Assembly (NCBI GenBank): GCA_016839605.1
Contig: JAEOTX010000100.1
Location: 1-49,224 of the forward strand
Origin: Candidatus Thorarchaeota archaeon
Lineage (GTDB): Archaea; Asgardarchaeota; Thorarchaeia; Thorarchaeales; Thorarchaeaceae
Direction: 5' to 3'
DNA length: 49,224 bases
Below, one piece after another: positions 27,211 through 36,591 of this stretch. The stretch's first letter is position 1; every line of letters starts with the position of its first letter. Both the position numbers and the translations under genes were made by a program. The notes beneath the pieces were generated by a model. That model worked only from the letters and a program-made list of their open reading frames with translations. It ran no database searches and had not been told where the DNA came from.

Positions 27211-28863
27211 ATGGCTTTGAAAGACATCAGACGACGCATCCTGAGGTTCCTACTCGAGTATGGCATACTCATAGCTATCCTCACGGTTGGTCTCTATGTC
27301 TGGGTTTCAGTATTTCAGGCCGCGGTGGTGGATTACCTAGATTCAGATACCTGGATTTCTAGACATGTATGGCTCGGACCAGGTGTGAATCCAGGAGATT
27401 TCGATTTCTTTGGGATTACCCTCCACTATCAGTTCGAGGGGTACAGTGACTATTCCTTCTACTATGTCCATTGGGGACATAACATGCTCAATGGTGTCAT
27501 GCCCTACGATGGGGATTTTGGTTTCTTAGAGATTGACGGAATTACGAACCGGAATGGAGCATACATGTTTCCTCCCCTCACGGCATACCTATACGCCATT
27601 GGAATTCTGATCCCTGTTACTGAATGGGGAATTGGACTGCTATTGGCTGCATTCGGGTATCTGACTATTCTTCCAGTCTATGGTCTAGGGAAGGAGCTCT
27701 CAGGAAATAGGCATGTGGGTGAGGTAGCTGCATTCACCTACATCTTCGCCCCGAATGTCCTCTATCATACCACATTCCTTTGGATGAATCCCGCACCTTT
27801 CATTTTCTTCTTTTTCTCTGGGTTCTACATGCTTGTGGTAGGAAAACGGCACACAGGCACGCTCCTCATTGTGACTTCTGCTCTTTTCAAACAGACTGCA
27901 TGGTTTCTTGGAATCCCTCTTGTTATCTTTCTCCTACTGAAAGCGCGACCCCCGAAGACTGAAGAGAAAGAATCCTCTACTAATTCAACAGCGACGTCTG
28001 AAGGAAGTAAAGAGGCATCTGACGAAGATAAATCGAGACGTTTGGATAATGTGATCTCATTCATCAATGAATATGTAGACTATCGAGGATTTGCCTTTAG
28101 TGTGTTGCTGGTTCTGGGATTTGCTGGAGCCATAATGTTCCCATTTCTAGTAGCGCAACCAAACCTCTGGAACTTCCTTCGATTAGCTATGGGCGCATTT
28201 CCACTAGAGTCATTCACCGAGCTTCCTGGCTATGGTGGTCCTATTCGTCTACAGGTGCTCCTTGTTGTTGCAGGACTTCCGACTCTTGCAGAAATCGTGG
28301 ATGTCTTCGTCTATTCCGGCGGACTTCTGATTTTGGGAGTCCTGGTCTTTTGGGGTGTCATGATGATTGAGCCTAAGTATAAGGGCCAAAGACGAGTTTT
28401 TCTACGTCGTCTTCTATTTTTCACACTGCTCATGATGCTATGGGTGAATATAGCTGGACCCAGAGGAGTCTTCAAGTACTATTTCACGTTGTTTGCTCCT
28501 TTCTTCTCAATCTTTTCTTCAACAACAATGTGCACGAGTATGGAAGAGAACGTGAAGTTCTCCACATCTATGATTTGGCTGCCGTTCTTGTTCAGCCTTA
28601 TGATTCTCATTCCTTCTCGAAACATATATCTCGCCTATGTCATAGTCATTTTCGTTGGATATCTGCTGTCAAAGAAGGTGGGTTGGACGTGGTATGCTGC
28701 CACCTATCCAATTCGTTTTGTCAAGAGGAGGCTTTCTCCTCGACTCGGTTCCCATAAGGCACGACTAGGTCTTCGTAAACAGAGGATTCTTGACTACGCC
28801 TATGCAGTTCCGGAGGCATCAGCTCCTAATAATCAGGGCAATGTGGCGAAGGCAGAGGTATAG
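27211..28863 (+). CDS. GT-C superfamily membrane glycosyltransferase (GT87/PIG-M-like)
   Basis: Polytopic TM protein; extracellular SD...Y....G.MPY and Y.FPPL motifs; LFKQ. Confidence 0.72.
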   Translation: MALKDIRRRILRFLLEYGILIAILTVGLYVWVSVFQAAVVDYLDSDTWISRHVWLGPGVNPGDFDFFGITLHYQFEGYSDYSFYYVHWGHNMLNGVMPYDGDFGFLEIDGITNRNGAYMFPPLTAYLYAIGILIPVTEWGIGLLLAAFGYLTILPVYGLGKELSGNRHVGEVAAFTYIFAPNVLYHTTFLWMNPAPFIFFFFSGFYMLVVGKRHTGTLLIVTSALFKQTAWFLGIPLVIFLLLKARPPKTEEKESSTNSTATSEGSKEASDEDKSRRLDNVISFINEYVDYRGFAFSVLLVLGFAGAIMFPFLVAQPNLWNFLRLAMGAFPLESFTELPGYGGPIRLQVLLVVAGLPTLAEIVDVFVYSGGLLILGVLVFWGVMMIEPKYKGQRRVFLRRLLFFTLLMMLWVNIAGPRGVFKYYFTLFAPFFSIFSSTTMCTSMEENVKFSTSMIWLPFLFSLMILIPSRNIYLAYVIVIFVGYLLSKKVGWTWYAATYPIRFVKRRLSPRLGSHKARLGLRKQRILDYAYAVPEASAPNNQGNVAKAEV

Positions 28864-28866
28864 ACA

Positions 28867-30363
28867 ATGGATGTTCCGAATGTAACACGGAGTGCTCTTG
28901 TAGCAAATCTCAAGAAACATCGCTTGTTCATCATTGTACTTCTATTAGCTGCAATAGTCTGGACATGGGTGTTTATTCAGTCGGCAATAGATTTCGTAAC
29001 TAGCACAAGTTGGCCTAGAGCTGTCTGGAACGGTTATGGGTCCATCAATCTTTTCGGCTTCCCCATTAGATTCGCATACGAGGGCTGGGCTGATCATGAC
29101 TATTTCTATCACAGCTGGGCCAATCAGTTTCTTAGTGGTCTTCTGCCGTATACGCCAGAATTTGACCTCTTATTTCAGAATGAAGCTTACTATAATGTAC
29201 CATACTTCTTCCCGCCTCTCTATCTCTATGCTTGCGTCATTGGCAAGTTGCTTCATTCAGACCTAGGCATAGGTCTAGTTCTCACTGTATTTGGTTTCAT
29301 TACAGCGTTCCCAATCTACGGCATTTCCACCTATCTCTCTGGGAATAGAAATGTGGGAGCCGTTGCAGCTGCAACCTATTTATTCAGCCCCATAATACTC
29401 TATCATACCGTCTTCGAGTGGTTGAACCCTGCTCCGTTTGTCTTTTTCTCAATGCTCTCCTTCTACCTTCTAATGCACAACCGAAGACTCTCCGGAGTTC
29501 TCGCTATGACAACAGCCGCTCTTTTCAAGCAGACCGCCTTCTTCTTTGCTCTACCCCTAATTGCATTCGTATTGAAACGCGCCCCGCAGCCTATTTCCGA
29601 CGAAGAAACACCCCCAGAAGAAGAGGAACAAAATAAGCGGCCGGCGAGTGATGAACTAGATTTGAAAGGATTCGCGAAAATAGCACTTGTTGTATGTGGA
29701 TATGCCGCTGTCCTCTCTTTGCCTTACATTCTGGACCCTTTCAACTATGGAAATGCGATTTTCTCAAGAGCAGGCGGGACCTATCTGACCGATCTGACAT
29801 CGCCGCCACCCATCAGCTTTCCTATAACCCTCGCTGTTCTCTTCATCATGATTGGTGCTCCTGAATGGGTTTCTGAACTTGTCAATCTGACGACTTTTTA
29901 CTCAATAGGAATTATCATTGCTATTGTTCCGCTATTAGCTTTGATGCTGCTGGAGGTGAAGAAAGACCAGGATCTTCAGGCATACTGGCGGAGAATCATT
30001 TTCTTGACTTTGCTCTTGATGCTCTGCGTCCACATATTATCGCCACGTGGAATTTACAAATACTACACTGTTGCACTAGTACCATTCTTCTCAATTCTAT
30101 CAACATCTAGTCTCTGCCAGAGGACCTCTGAAAACGTTCGTGTATCTTTTCCCATGCTACTTGTTCCGATGGTTTGCAGTTTCGCAATAATGATTCCTGC
30201 AAGAACTACCTACCTGCTTTACCTAATCTTGATACTTGCTGGATATATTCTGCATAAAGCATTCTCATATACATATGAATTGGGAGCAGGACCAGCCAGA
30301 AAATTAGGCCAGCGGCTGATGGCCTCGGTACGTGGAGATTCGTCGCTGAAGGTTACTGAATGA
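28867..30363 (+). CDS. GT-C superfamily membrane glycosyltransferase, tandem paralog
   Basis: ADHDYFY..W....G.LPY, YFFPPL, LSGNR.VG, LNPAPF, LFKQTA, PRGIYKYY shared with upstream gene. Confidence 0.72.
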   Translation: MDVPNVTRSALVANLKKHRLFIIVLLLAAIVWTWVFIQSAIDFVTSTSWPRAVWNGYGSINLFGFPIRFAYEGWADHDYFYHSWANQFLSGLLPYTPEFDLLFQNEAYYNVPYFFPPLYLYACVIGKLLHSDLGIGLVLTVFGFITAFPIYGISTYLSGNRNVGAVAAATYLFSPIILYHTVFEWLNPAPFVFFSMLSFYLLMHNRRLSGVLAMTTAALFKQTAFFFALPLIAFVLKRAPQPISDEETPPEEEEQNKRPASDELDLKGFAKIALVVCGYAAVLSLPYILDPFNYGNAIFSRAGGTYLTDLTSPPPISFPITLAVLFIMIGAPEWVSELVNLTTFYSIGIIIAIVPLLALMLLEVKKDQDLQAYWRRIIFLTLLLMLCVHILSPRGIYKYYTVALVPFFSILSTSSLCQRTSENVRVSFPMLLVPMVCSFAIMIPARTTYLLYLILILAGYILHKAFSYTYELGAGPARKLGQRLMASVRGDSSLKVTE

Positions 30364-31525
30364 GCTTCTCCAGCTCTTTCTTCTTCTTCTCCAGATTCTT
30401 ATTCAGCGTCTTCAGACGTGTATCTAGCTTCTCAACTTGCTCAGTGTAGGTGTCTTTAGGCATCGCACCGGACGAGTGTCTTTCTTCAATGTGGTCCCGC
30501 AGCTGTTGGACCGACTTGATCTCTTTCTCCAATGCCTTTGCGTCTGCTTCAATTTCTGCTGCCTGATTTTCTTCATCAGTCTGGAATTGCCTTGATGGAA
30601 TCATGACGCCAAGCTGTGACTGTGTTTTTTCTGCAAAGTCCTGAAATTGATCACGAAGCATCTCAATGTTTTTGTCCACGTTGGCTAACTTCTTGTCCAA
30701 TTTGCCGATGTCTTTCTGTAGGTCGAAAACAGCATTGACTAGTCTACGCATTGTCTTCTCCATCTCGGCGCTAGCTTCTACAGAAGCCTTTAGCTGTTTC
30801 TTTTCTTCCTTCTTCTCTTGGTCCTTTACAACCTCACTTGGCTTAGCAGTCCTTATCTCTCCGCTCAGCCATTTGATGGCATTTACTGCGAACGCTTGGT
30901 TGCCCTTATGCTTCATTCCCCCGCCTTTGCGAAATACCTCGTAGCTACCAACACAGAGTACACGTCCCTTGCCTGCCTCTGCAATCGCAATAACTGGCTT
31001 ATTCGGTGGGTCTGCCGTGTCTGATGTACTCGCTATTGTTGTTGCCTTAGTGGTCACATTGAGAGTACACCCAGAAGGAACAAGTATGTCTTGTACATCC
31101 TCCGTGACGGGATGAACTACCACGTTGGTGATGATAGGCATTGTCGGAAGGCCTGCATTGTTTCTCTCGTCTCGTACAGCTGTGTTCTCGAAGCTAATTC
31201 CAAAACCTTTCGACACTTGGCTCAAGTTATTCATCAGACCACGGTCTCCCCCCGACAGTGAGAGCAGCATCAGACCGCCTCCTTTCTTTACGTATCGCTT
31301 CAGAATATCAATCTCAGCTGGTCGCAGTTTTGAGCTGTTAGGACAACCGAAAACTATGGCATCTGCCCTTTCCAGATTCTTTGCGAGTATCATGTACTCA
31401 GTGTAGGGCTCGACATCGAAGTCATTGTCCTGCAAAATCTTAGCGAGTTGCGAATATGTCGTGTCGAGTCGGCCACGTTCATTTTGGGTCTGGTCAAAGA
31501 GAATGAGCTTCCTTCTTCCGCTCAA
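30353..31525 (-). CDS. GIFT (GldG/IFT52) domain protein with C-terminal coiled coil
   Basis: ILFDQTQNE, IVFGCP...AEIDILKRYV..GG.LMLL..GG, P.GCTL.V, PVIA...GRV...GS..VF, N....N.IKWL; TTG start at 31525 after GGGGGA. Confidence 0.75.
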   Translation of the reverse strand: MSGRRKLILFDQTQNERGRLDTTYSQLAKILQDNDFDVEPYTEYMILAKNLERADAIVFGCPNSSKLRPAEIDILKRYVKKGGGLMLLSLSGGDRGLMNNLSQVSKGFGISFENTAVRDERNNAGLPTMPIITNVVVHPVTEDVQDILVPSGCTLNVTTKATTIASTSDTADPPNKPVIAIAEAGKGRVLCVGSYEVFRKGGGMKHKGNQAFAVNAIKWLSGEIRTAKPSEVVKDQEKKEEKKQLKASVEASAEMEKTMRRLVNAVFDLQKDIGKLDKKLANVDKNIEMLRDQFQDFAEKTQSQLGVMIPSRQFQTDEENQAAEIEADAKALEKEIKSVQQLRDHIEERHSSGAMPKDTYTEQVEKLDTRLKTLNKNLEKKKKELEKLIQ

Positions 31526-31676
31526 TGGTATATCCCCCTGTCTAGAGGTAGTAGGATGAGATGGTGAAAGAGAACTAATGAGAGTTGTGTAGGTGTTATC
31601 CATATGCCTTCTATCTTACGGAAGACTGAAAACTCACTCACGAATACAGCTGGAAAAAAGAGTTGGAGGTTTCAAT

Positions 31677-32123
31677 ATGTCAGATGAATGTTTGTTCTGT
31701 AAAATTGCCAATGGTGAGGTCCCTTCTTCATTAGTCTTTGAGGATGACATTTCGATGGCCTTCATGGATATATTCCCGATCAACAGAGGTCATTGTCTCC
31801 TAATCCCTAAGAAGCACTATGTCAACCTCCTTGACATAGACCTTGACTTGCTCGGCGTAATGAGCAAACGGCTAGCAGTCCTTACACGGAAGGTGTTCAA
31901 CAGCCTAGAACCTGCAGGCATTCTGAATGCTATTACTAATGGCGAGGGTGCTGGTCAGGAAGTCTTCCACTTGCACTTTCATATAATACCTCGTGAGCCG
32001 GATGATGCGTTCGTAACAAGGATGATGCCGGGTACCCGCGGTGAAATGGCCCCGCGAGAAGAGCTCGATAAGTTGGCGCAGCTAATCAGCGAGGCTGACC
32101 CGCAAATTACCGATATTACTTGA
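31677..32123 (+). CDS. HIT family (Hint-like) nucleotide hydrolase
   Basis: CLFCKI, AFMDIFP...GH.L.IPK.H, GQEVFHLHFHIIPR; GGAGGT before ATG 31677. Confidence 0.92.
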   Translation: MSDECLFCKIANGEVPSSLVFEDDISMAFMDIFPINRGHCLLIPKKHYVNLLDIDLDLLGVMSKRLAVLTRKVFNSLEPAGILNAITNGEGAGQEVFHLHFHIIPREPDDAFVTRMMPGTRGEMAPREELDKLAQLISEADPQITDIT

Positions 32124-32553
32124 TATCCAGTAGGTTAAGTCCAGTAATTTCATCCTTCGCACGACGCAGGTCCACATCCGTTTCAATGATCACTAGCTCA
32201 ATGGTGACCGAAACCTCACAGCCCTCCATGAGATGACCACCCCAACATCTTCCTTCCTCATCTGAAACAACTAGGTGCGCATGGACCACAACACTCTCAT
32301 CATCAAGACGCGATATATTGCCCATACCGGATACAACCTCAAGATCACGCTCGATCAAGAAGTCCTTGTACTCTCCTGACTCTCTGTCAAAGTACCCTAG
32401 CTTCGCGCCTGAAACAGCACCAATCAGTGTGATCTGTCCTGATTTCACATTATGCTCCAGAGCGACTCGCTGAATGGTCTTCAGAATATCGTCGCCAGGC
32501 TCCATCCTAGAGATGATGACTCCTTTCTGCCTAGTTTCTATTGAACGAACCAT
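32116..32553 (-). CDS. PPC/DUF296 domain putative DNA-binding protein
   Basis: R..PG.D, IGAV, EVVSGMGNIS, HAHLVV.D..G...GGHL, TIE motifs. Confidence 0.88.
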   Translation of the reverse strand: MVRSIETRQKGVIISRMEPGDDILKTIQRVALEHNVKSGQITLIGAVSGAKLGYFDRESGEYKDFLIERDLEVVSGMGNISRLDDESVVVHAHLVVSDEEGRCWGGHLMEGCEVSVTIELVIIETDVDLRRAKDEITGLNLLDIK

Positions 32554-32644
32554 GCAGGAGTTCGACGTGTTCTGGCTAATGAAGGGTTCGCTCTGCATGT
32601 TCTTTGGAAGTGCTTATCAGGAGTAATCAGCCCTGATAGTGTGA

Positions 32645-35446
32645 GTGGAACTGGTGAAAGACAAGAGGCCTACTGATGACCAACAGGCATCGCTCGAGGA
32701 CTTCTTTGGATCTGATGAAGAAGAAGAGCCAGAGATAGTAGAACCTCCGCAAGAAGTACCACCCGAATCTTCTTCCAATGAACAATCGATTGATGAGAAC
32801 GAATCAACTGAAAATGACTCAGATGTAGATGATGAAGAGATACCGCCTGATGACACTGAGGAAATGGTCACTGAAATCCAGGTAGGTGAGAGAGAGACTC
32901 CTTCAAACTTGCCGCCCTCCTATCTTCTTTCTGTAGACTATGCTGGCGCTCAGAGAAAGGCATTTGCTCGTTTGTATAATCCAAACGACAAGAAGATCTA
33001 CTTCTGGTTTGATAACACTGGTCACAAGCCTTACTGCTATACCGACTATCCTCCTGATGTAGCAGAAACGAAGATTGGCCGTCATCGAGGATTCGTCCGT
33101 TCCGAACGTGTGGAACTCACTGATCTTTTACGTGATGAGCCTGTGAAGATGACGAAGATCATTGCCAGCGACCCTCTCTCCATTGGCGGTTCTGCTGGAG
33201 CAATTAGGGAACGGCTTGTAGATCGCTCTGGCGCAACAAATGTGAGCCATGCATGGGAAGCGAATATTCGCTATCGCAACTGCTACACATATGATACGAA
33301 TATTGTTTCGGGCTTGCCATACAAGATTGAGGATGGCAATCTTATCCCAAGTGCTCCCAAACTGGACAAGAAGATGCTTGATGAATTCAAGAGCACGTTC
33401 GAAGCCGATGAAGACCTCGAAAAGATAATCACAGAGTATGCCCCGATGTTCTTCACCGAAGTGCCCGACATTCGACGGATAGCTCTGGACATTGAAGTAT
33501 ATACGCCAGTAAAGAATAGAATACCTGATGCACGGACGGCTCCTTATCAGGTAACGGCGATTGGACTTTCAGATAACGAAGGATACAACAAGTGCTTCGT
33601 ATTGAAGAGACCAGAGATTAAGGAAGGCAAGAAAGGGGCAGATTATCCGAAAGAAATGGAACTCGTATATTTTGAAGACGAGAAGGCTATGCTGATTGAA
33701 GCTTTCAGAATAATTGATGCCTATCCCATCGTTCTCACCTTCGTGGGTGATGCTTTTGACTTGCAGTATCTACATAACCGTGCTGAAAAACTGGGAGTCA
33801 ACATGAATCGCCATTGCCCAATCTATCTAGCCAGAGACCTGGCACTCCTGCAGAGAGGAATTCATGTCGATCTCTATCGTTTTCTGAAGAATCCATCAAT
33901 CCGCCTCTATGCACTCTCCGGAGCCTACGAGCAGTTCAACCTGGAGTCTATTGCCAAGGGGCTCTTGGGTGTTGGCAAGCTCGACTTGAGTGACGATATT
34001 TCAGCTCTCAACTACTTCGAATTGGCTCATTATTGCTGGCGAGATGCAAATCTGACGCTTCGACTTACTACCTTTGATGACAATCTCCTTCTTCGCCTTA
34101 TCGTTCTCTTGATGCGTGTATCTAGATTATCAATGGAGGATGTCACTAGGCTATACATCTCTTCGTGGATTCAGTCATTGTTTAGGCAAGAGCATCGTTC
34201 TCAGAAATATATCATACCACGCAGAATTGATATTGATAGCAGCAAGTCTGTTGAAGCTCAGACTGAAGCAATGATCAAGGACAAGAGCTTCAAAGGAGCC
34301 ATTGTGATTGACCCTGTCGCAGGAGTCCACTTCAAAGCCACCGTGCTTGACTTTGCAAGCCTGTACCCGACCATAATGAAACAACACAATATCAGCTACG
34401 AAACCATTGACTGCCCTCACGAGTCATGTCAAATGGATCCTGACAATCGTGTACCCGAAACAGATCATTGGGTCTGTACTGAACGGAAAGGAATGATTAG
34501 CCAGACAATAGGCTTCTTCAGAGATACACGAGTAAAATGGTTCAAACCTAAAAGCAAGGACAAGGCTCTTGATGAACAGACACAGGAATGGTATGGAGTA
34601 GTCGAGAAAGCACTCAAGGTCTTTGTCAATGCAGCATACGGGGTCACTGGCGCTCAGCATTTCGAGCTCTTCTGTATGCCAGCGGCAGAGAGCGTTACTG
34701 CGTACGGTCGCAACGCGATTATCAAGACCAAGGAAAAGGCTGAGGAGATGGGTGTTCGTGTTCTTTATGGGGATACTGATTCAGTCTTCCTAGATAATCC
34801 AAGCGAAGAGCAACAGAAGGAGCTAGTTCGTTGGTCAACCGAGGAATTAGGTATTGACCTTGAAGTTGAGAAGACATACAAATATGTCGCACTATCGGAT
34901 AGAAAGAAGAACTACATTGGAGTCTATGAGTCTGGATACGTTGAAGTAAAAGGCCTGAGTGGAAAGAAGAGAAACACTCCTGACTTTGTCCAAGATGCAT
35001 TCCGAGAGATGCTTGATGTATTGAGCAAGGTGGACACTGTAGAGGGCTTTGAGGCTGCGAAAGAGGAGATTCGAGAGATCGTCAACTCTGTCATAGATCG
35101 TCTTGAAGGCAAAGCCGAGGCCTACACTCCTGAAGAGCTGGCTTTCAGAGTCCAGATTACGAAACGGATTGGAGATTATGGGCTGTCCAAACCACAACAT
35201 GTTCGTGCTGCAGAGATGCTGCAGAAAGCTGGCTATGATGTCCCACCAGGAACAATCGTGGAATACATCAAGATCAAAGGTGGAGATGGCCTCCTTCCAG
35301 TTCAGATGGCCGGAGAGAAGAGCTATTGGCTCGACAAGGACAAATACCTCGACACACTGCGCTCAGTTTTTGGACAGGTTCTGGACTCGGTCGGAATCAA
35401 TTTTGAGGAATTATTAGGTTTTACAACCCTTGACCAGTTCTTCTGA
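32645..35446 (+). CDS. polB: Family B DNA polymerase (PolB1-type) with acidic N-terminal extension
   Basis: GHKPY, WEANI, DIEV (ExoI), FDL.YL, DFASLYP, K...NAAYG, YGDTDS, KKNY; no intein apparent. Confidence 0.95.
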   Translation: MELVKDKRPTDDQQASLEDFFGSDEEEEPEIVEPPQEVPPESSSNEQSIDENESTENDSDVDDEEIPPDDTEEMVTEIQVGERETPSNLPPSYLLSVDYAGAQRKAFARLYNPNDKKIYFWFDNTGHKPYCYTDYPPDVAETKIGRHRGFVRSERVELTDLLRDEPVKMTKIIASDPLSIGGSAGAIRERLVDRSGATNVSHAWEANIRYRNCYTYDTNIVSGLPYKIEDGNLIPSAPKLDKKMLDEFKSTFEADEDLEKIITEYAPMFFTEVPDIRRIALDIEVYTPVKNRIPDARTAPYQVTAIGLSDNEGYNKCFVLKRPEIKEGKKGADYPKEMELVYFEDEKAMLIEAFRIIDAYPIVLTFVGDAFDLQYLHNRAEKLGVNMNRHCPIYLARDLALLQRGIHVDLYRFLKNPSIRLYALSGAYEQFNLESIAKGLLGVGKLDLSDDISALNYFELAHYCWRDANLTLRLTTFDDNLLLRLIVLLMRVSRLSMEDVTRLYISSWIQSLFRQEHRSQKYIIPRRIDIDSSKSVEAQTEAMIKDKSFKGAIVIDPVAGVHFKATVLDFASLYPTIMKQHNISYETIDCPHESCQMDPDNRVPETDHWVCTERKGMISQTIGFFRDTRVKWFKPKSKDKALDEQTQEWYGVVEKALKVFVNAAYGVTGAQHFELFCMPAAESVTAYGRNAIIKTKEKAEEMGVRVLYGDTDSVFLDNPSEEQQKELVRWSTEELGIDLEVEKTYKYVALSDRKKNYIGVYESGYVEVKGLSGKKRNTPDFVQDAFREMLDVLSKVDTVEGFEAAKEEIREIVNSVIDRLEGKAEAYTPEELAFRVQITKRIGDYGLSKPQHVRAAEMLQKAGYDVPPGTIVEYIKIKGGDGLLPVQMAGEKSYWLDKDKYLDTLRSVFGQVLDSVGINFEELLGFTTLDQFF

Positions 35447-35551
35447 AAACTTAAAGGGCGGGGGGAAAGTCGAAGAAACTCTTAAAGCGTACACACGCTA
35501 CAAACGCTAAAGGGAATCTGCAGACTGACCAATGCTTGCGGAGTTGAAAAA

Positions 35552-36583
35552 ATGTCAAACTTCAGGGAATTCTTCATGCAGAAACTCCTCATCCTATTGA
35601 GGCCAACTGACCTTGACATGCCTGCGAAGGACTTTATTTCTACTTACGCCTCTTACATGGAATCTATCGGCATAGTTGGCAAAGGCCCAACTGGTCATGT
35701 TATCTACCCAAGTAGAACAGCTCCGGTCGATGCAGAATATACCCAGCTCTTCGAGGACCTCGTAGGCTTGACGAGTGCCCTGGATATTCATACTGTAGCT
35801 AGCATGGACTTCTATACAGACGCATGGTTCGCCAAGGATCCAAAGTATCACACTGTATCTCCAAGAGGAGAACCGATGCCTCACCAGATCTGTCCCAACA
35901 GAGAAGAGTTCTGGCAGTATGGTGCAGAAATAGTTGGTGAGCTCGCTGCCTATCCAATTGATGAAATCTTGCTCTTTGGTGCTGGTTTTATTCGTGATCA
36001 CTTCTGCTTTTGTGAACGTTGCAGGAATGATTTTGCACCATTGGTAGACCAAGAACCCAATCGGCTCACGTACGAGTACATAATCGAAAATCCTGACCAT
36101 CATGCTAAGTGGCATGAATGGCGTTCAGGCAAAGTGAGCGAGGGTCTGAAGTATTTACAGGCATCTGCACGGGATGCAGATGAAAAAGTCGGTCGAGAGA
36201 ACCCACTCAGCATCTCTGTTGAGGTGCTATTAGATCCCGAAACAGGCTTTTCTGAAGGGGGCAAGGGCCAGTATGGATATGACTATTCCAGTATCCTCGA
36301 AATCACTGGCAATGTCATGATTAACATGTATCCCTGGAGTCCAATCCTCCCATCAAAGGGTTCGAGTGAATACGACGAATTAATTGAGTCACTATATTAT
36401 ACGAGCGAGTTCCAGCGTCGAGGTGGCACAGCGTCACTCTTCCGCTGGGGTGTGACTACAATAGACCAACTACGTGAGCTAAAAGCTATCGGTAAGGACG
36501 CCAACATTGACCGAATCGTGACAACTTTCAGTTATCCAAGTGATTATTCAACTCGTCGTGAGAGTGCAATTGGTAACTACTAG
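35552..36583 (+). CDS. Glycoside-hydrolase-like TIM barrel (GHL10/GH42-N-like) with CxCxxC motif
   Basis: IYPS, ICPN..E, Y.ID.I.L, CFCERCRNDF, W.EWR patterns; no signal peptide. Confidence 0.55.
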   Translation: MSNFREFFMQKLLILLRPTDLDMPAKDFISTYASYMESIGIVGKGPTGHVIYPSRTAPVDAEYTQLFEDLVGLTSALDIHTVASMDFYTDAWFAKDPKYHTVSPRGEPMPHQICPNREEFWQYGAEIVGELAAYPIDEILLFGAGFIRDHFCFCERCRNDFAPLVDQEPNRLTYEYIIENPDHHAKWHEWRSGKVSEGLKYLQASARDADEKVGRENPLSISVEVLLDPETGFSEGGKGQYGYDYSSILEITGNVMINMYPWSPILPSKGSSEYDELIESLYYTSEFQRRGGTASLFRWGVTTIDQLRELKAIGKDANIDRIVTTFSYPSDYSTRRESAIGNY

Positions 36584-36591
36584 ACCTGCTT

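Noticed and set aside
32645-35446. Intein in PolB
   Set aside because: Polymerase motifs are normally spaced; extra length comes from the acidic N-terminus
35594-36115. 173-aa minus-strand ORF
   Set aside because: Fully antisense to the better-supported 343-aa plus-strand gene; no recognisable motifs
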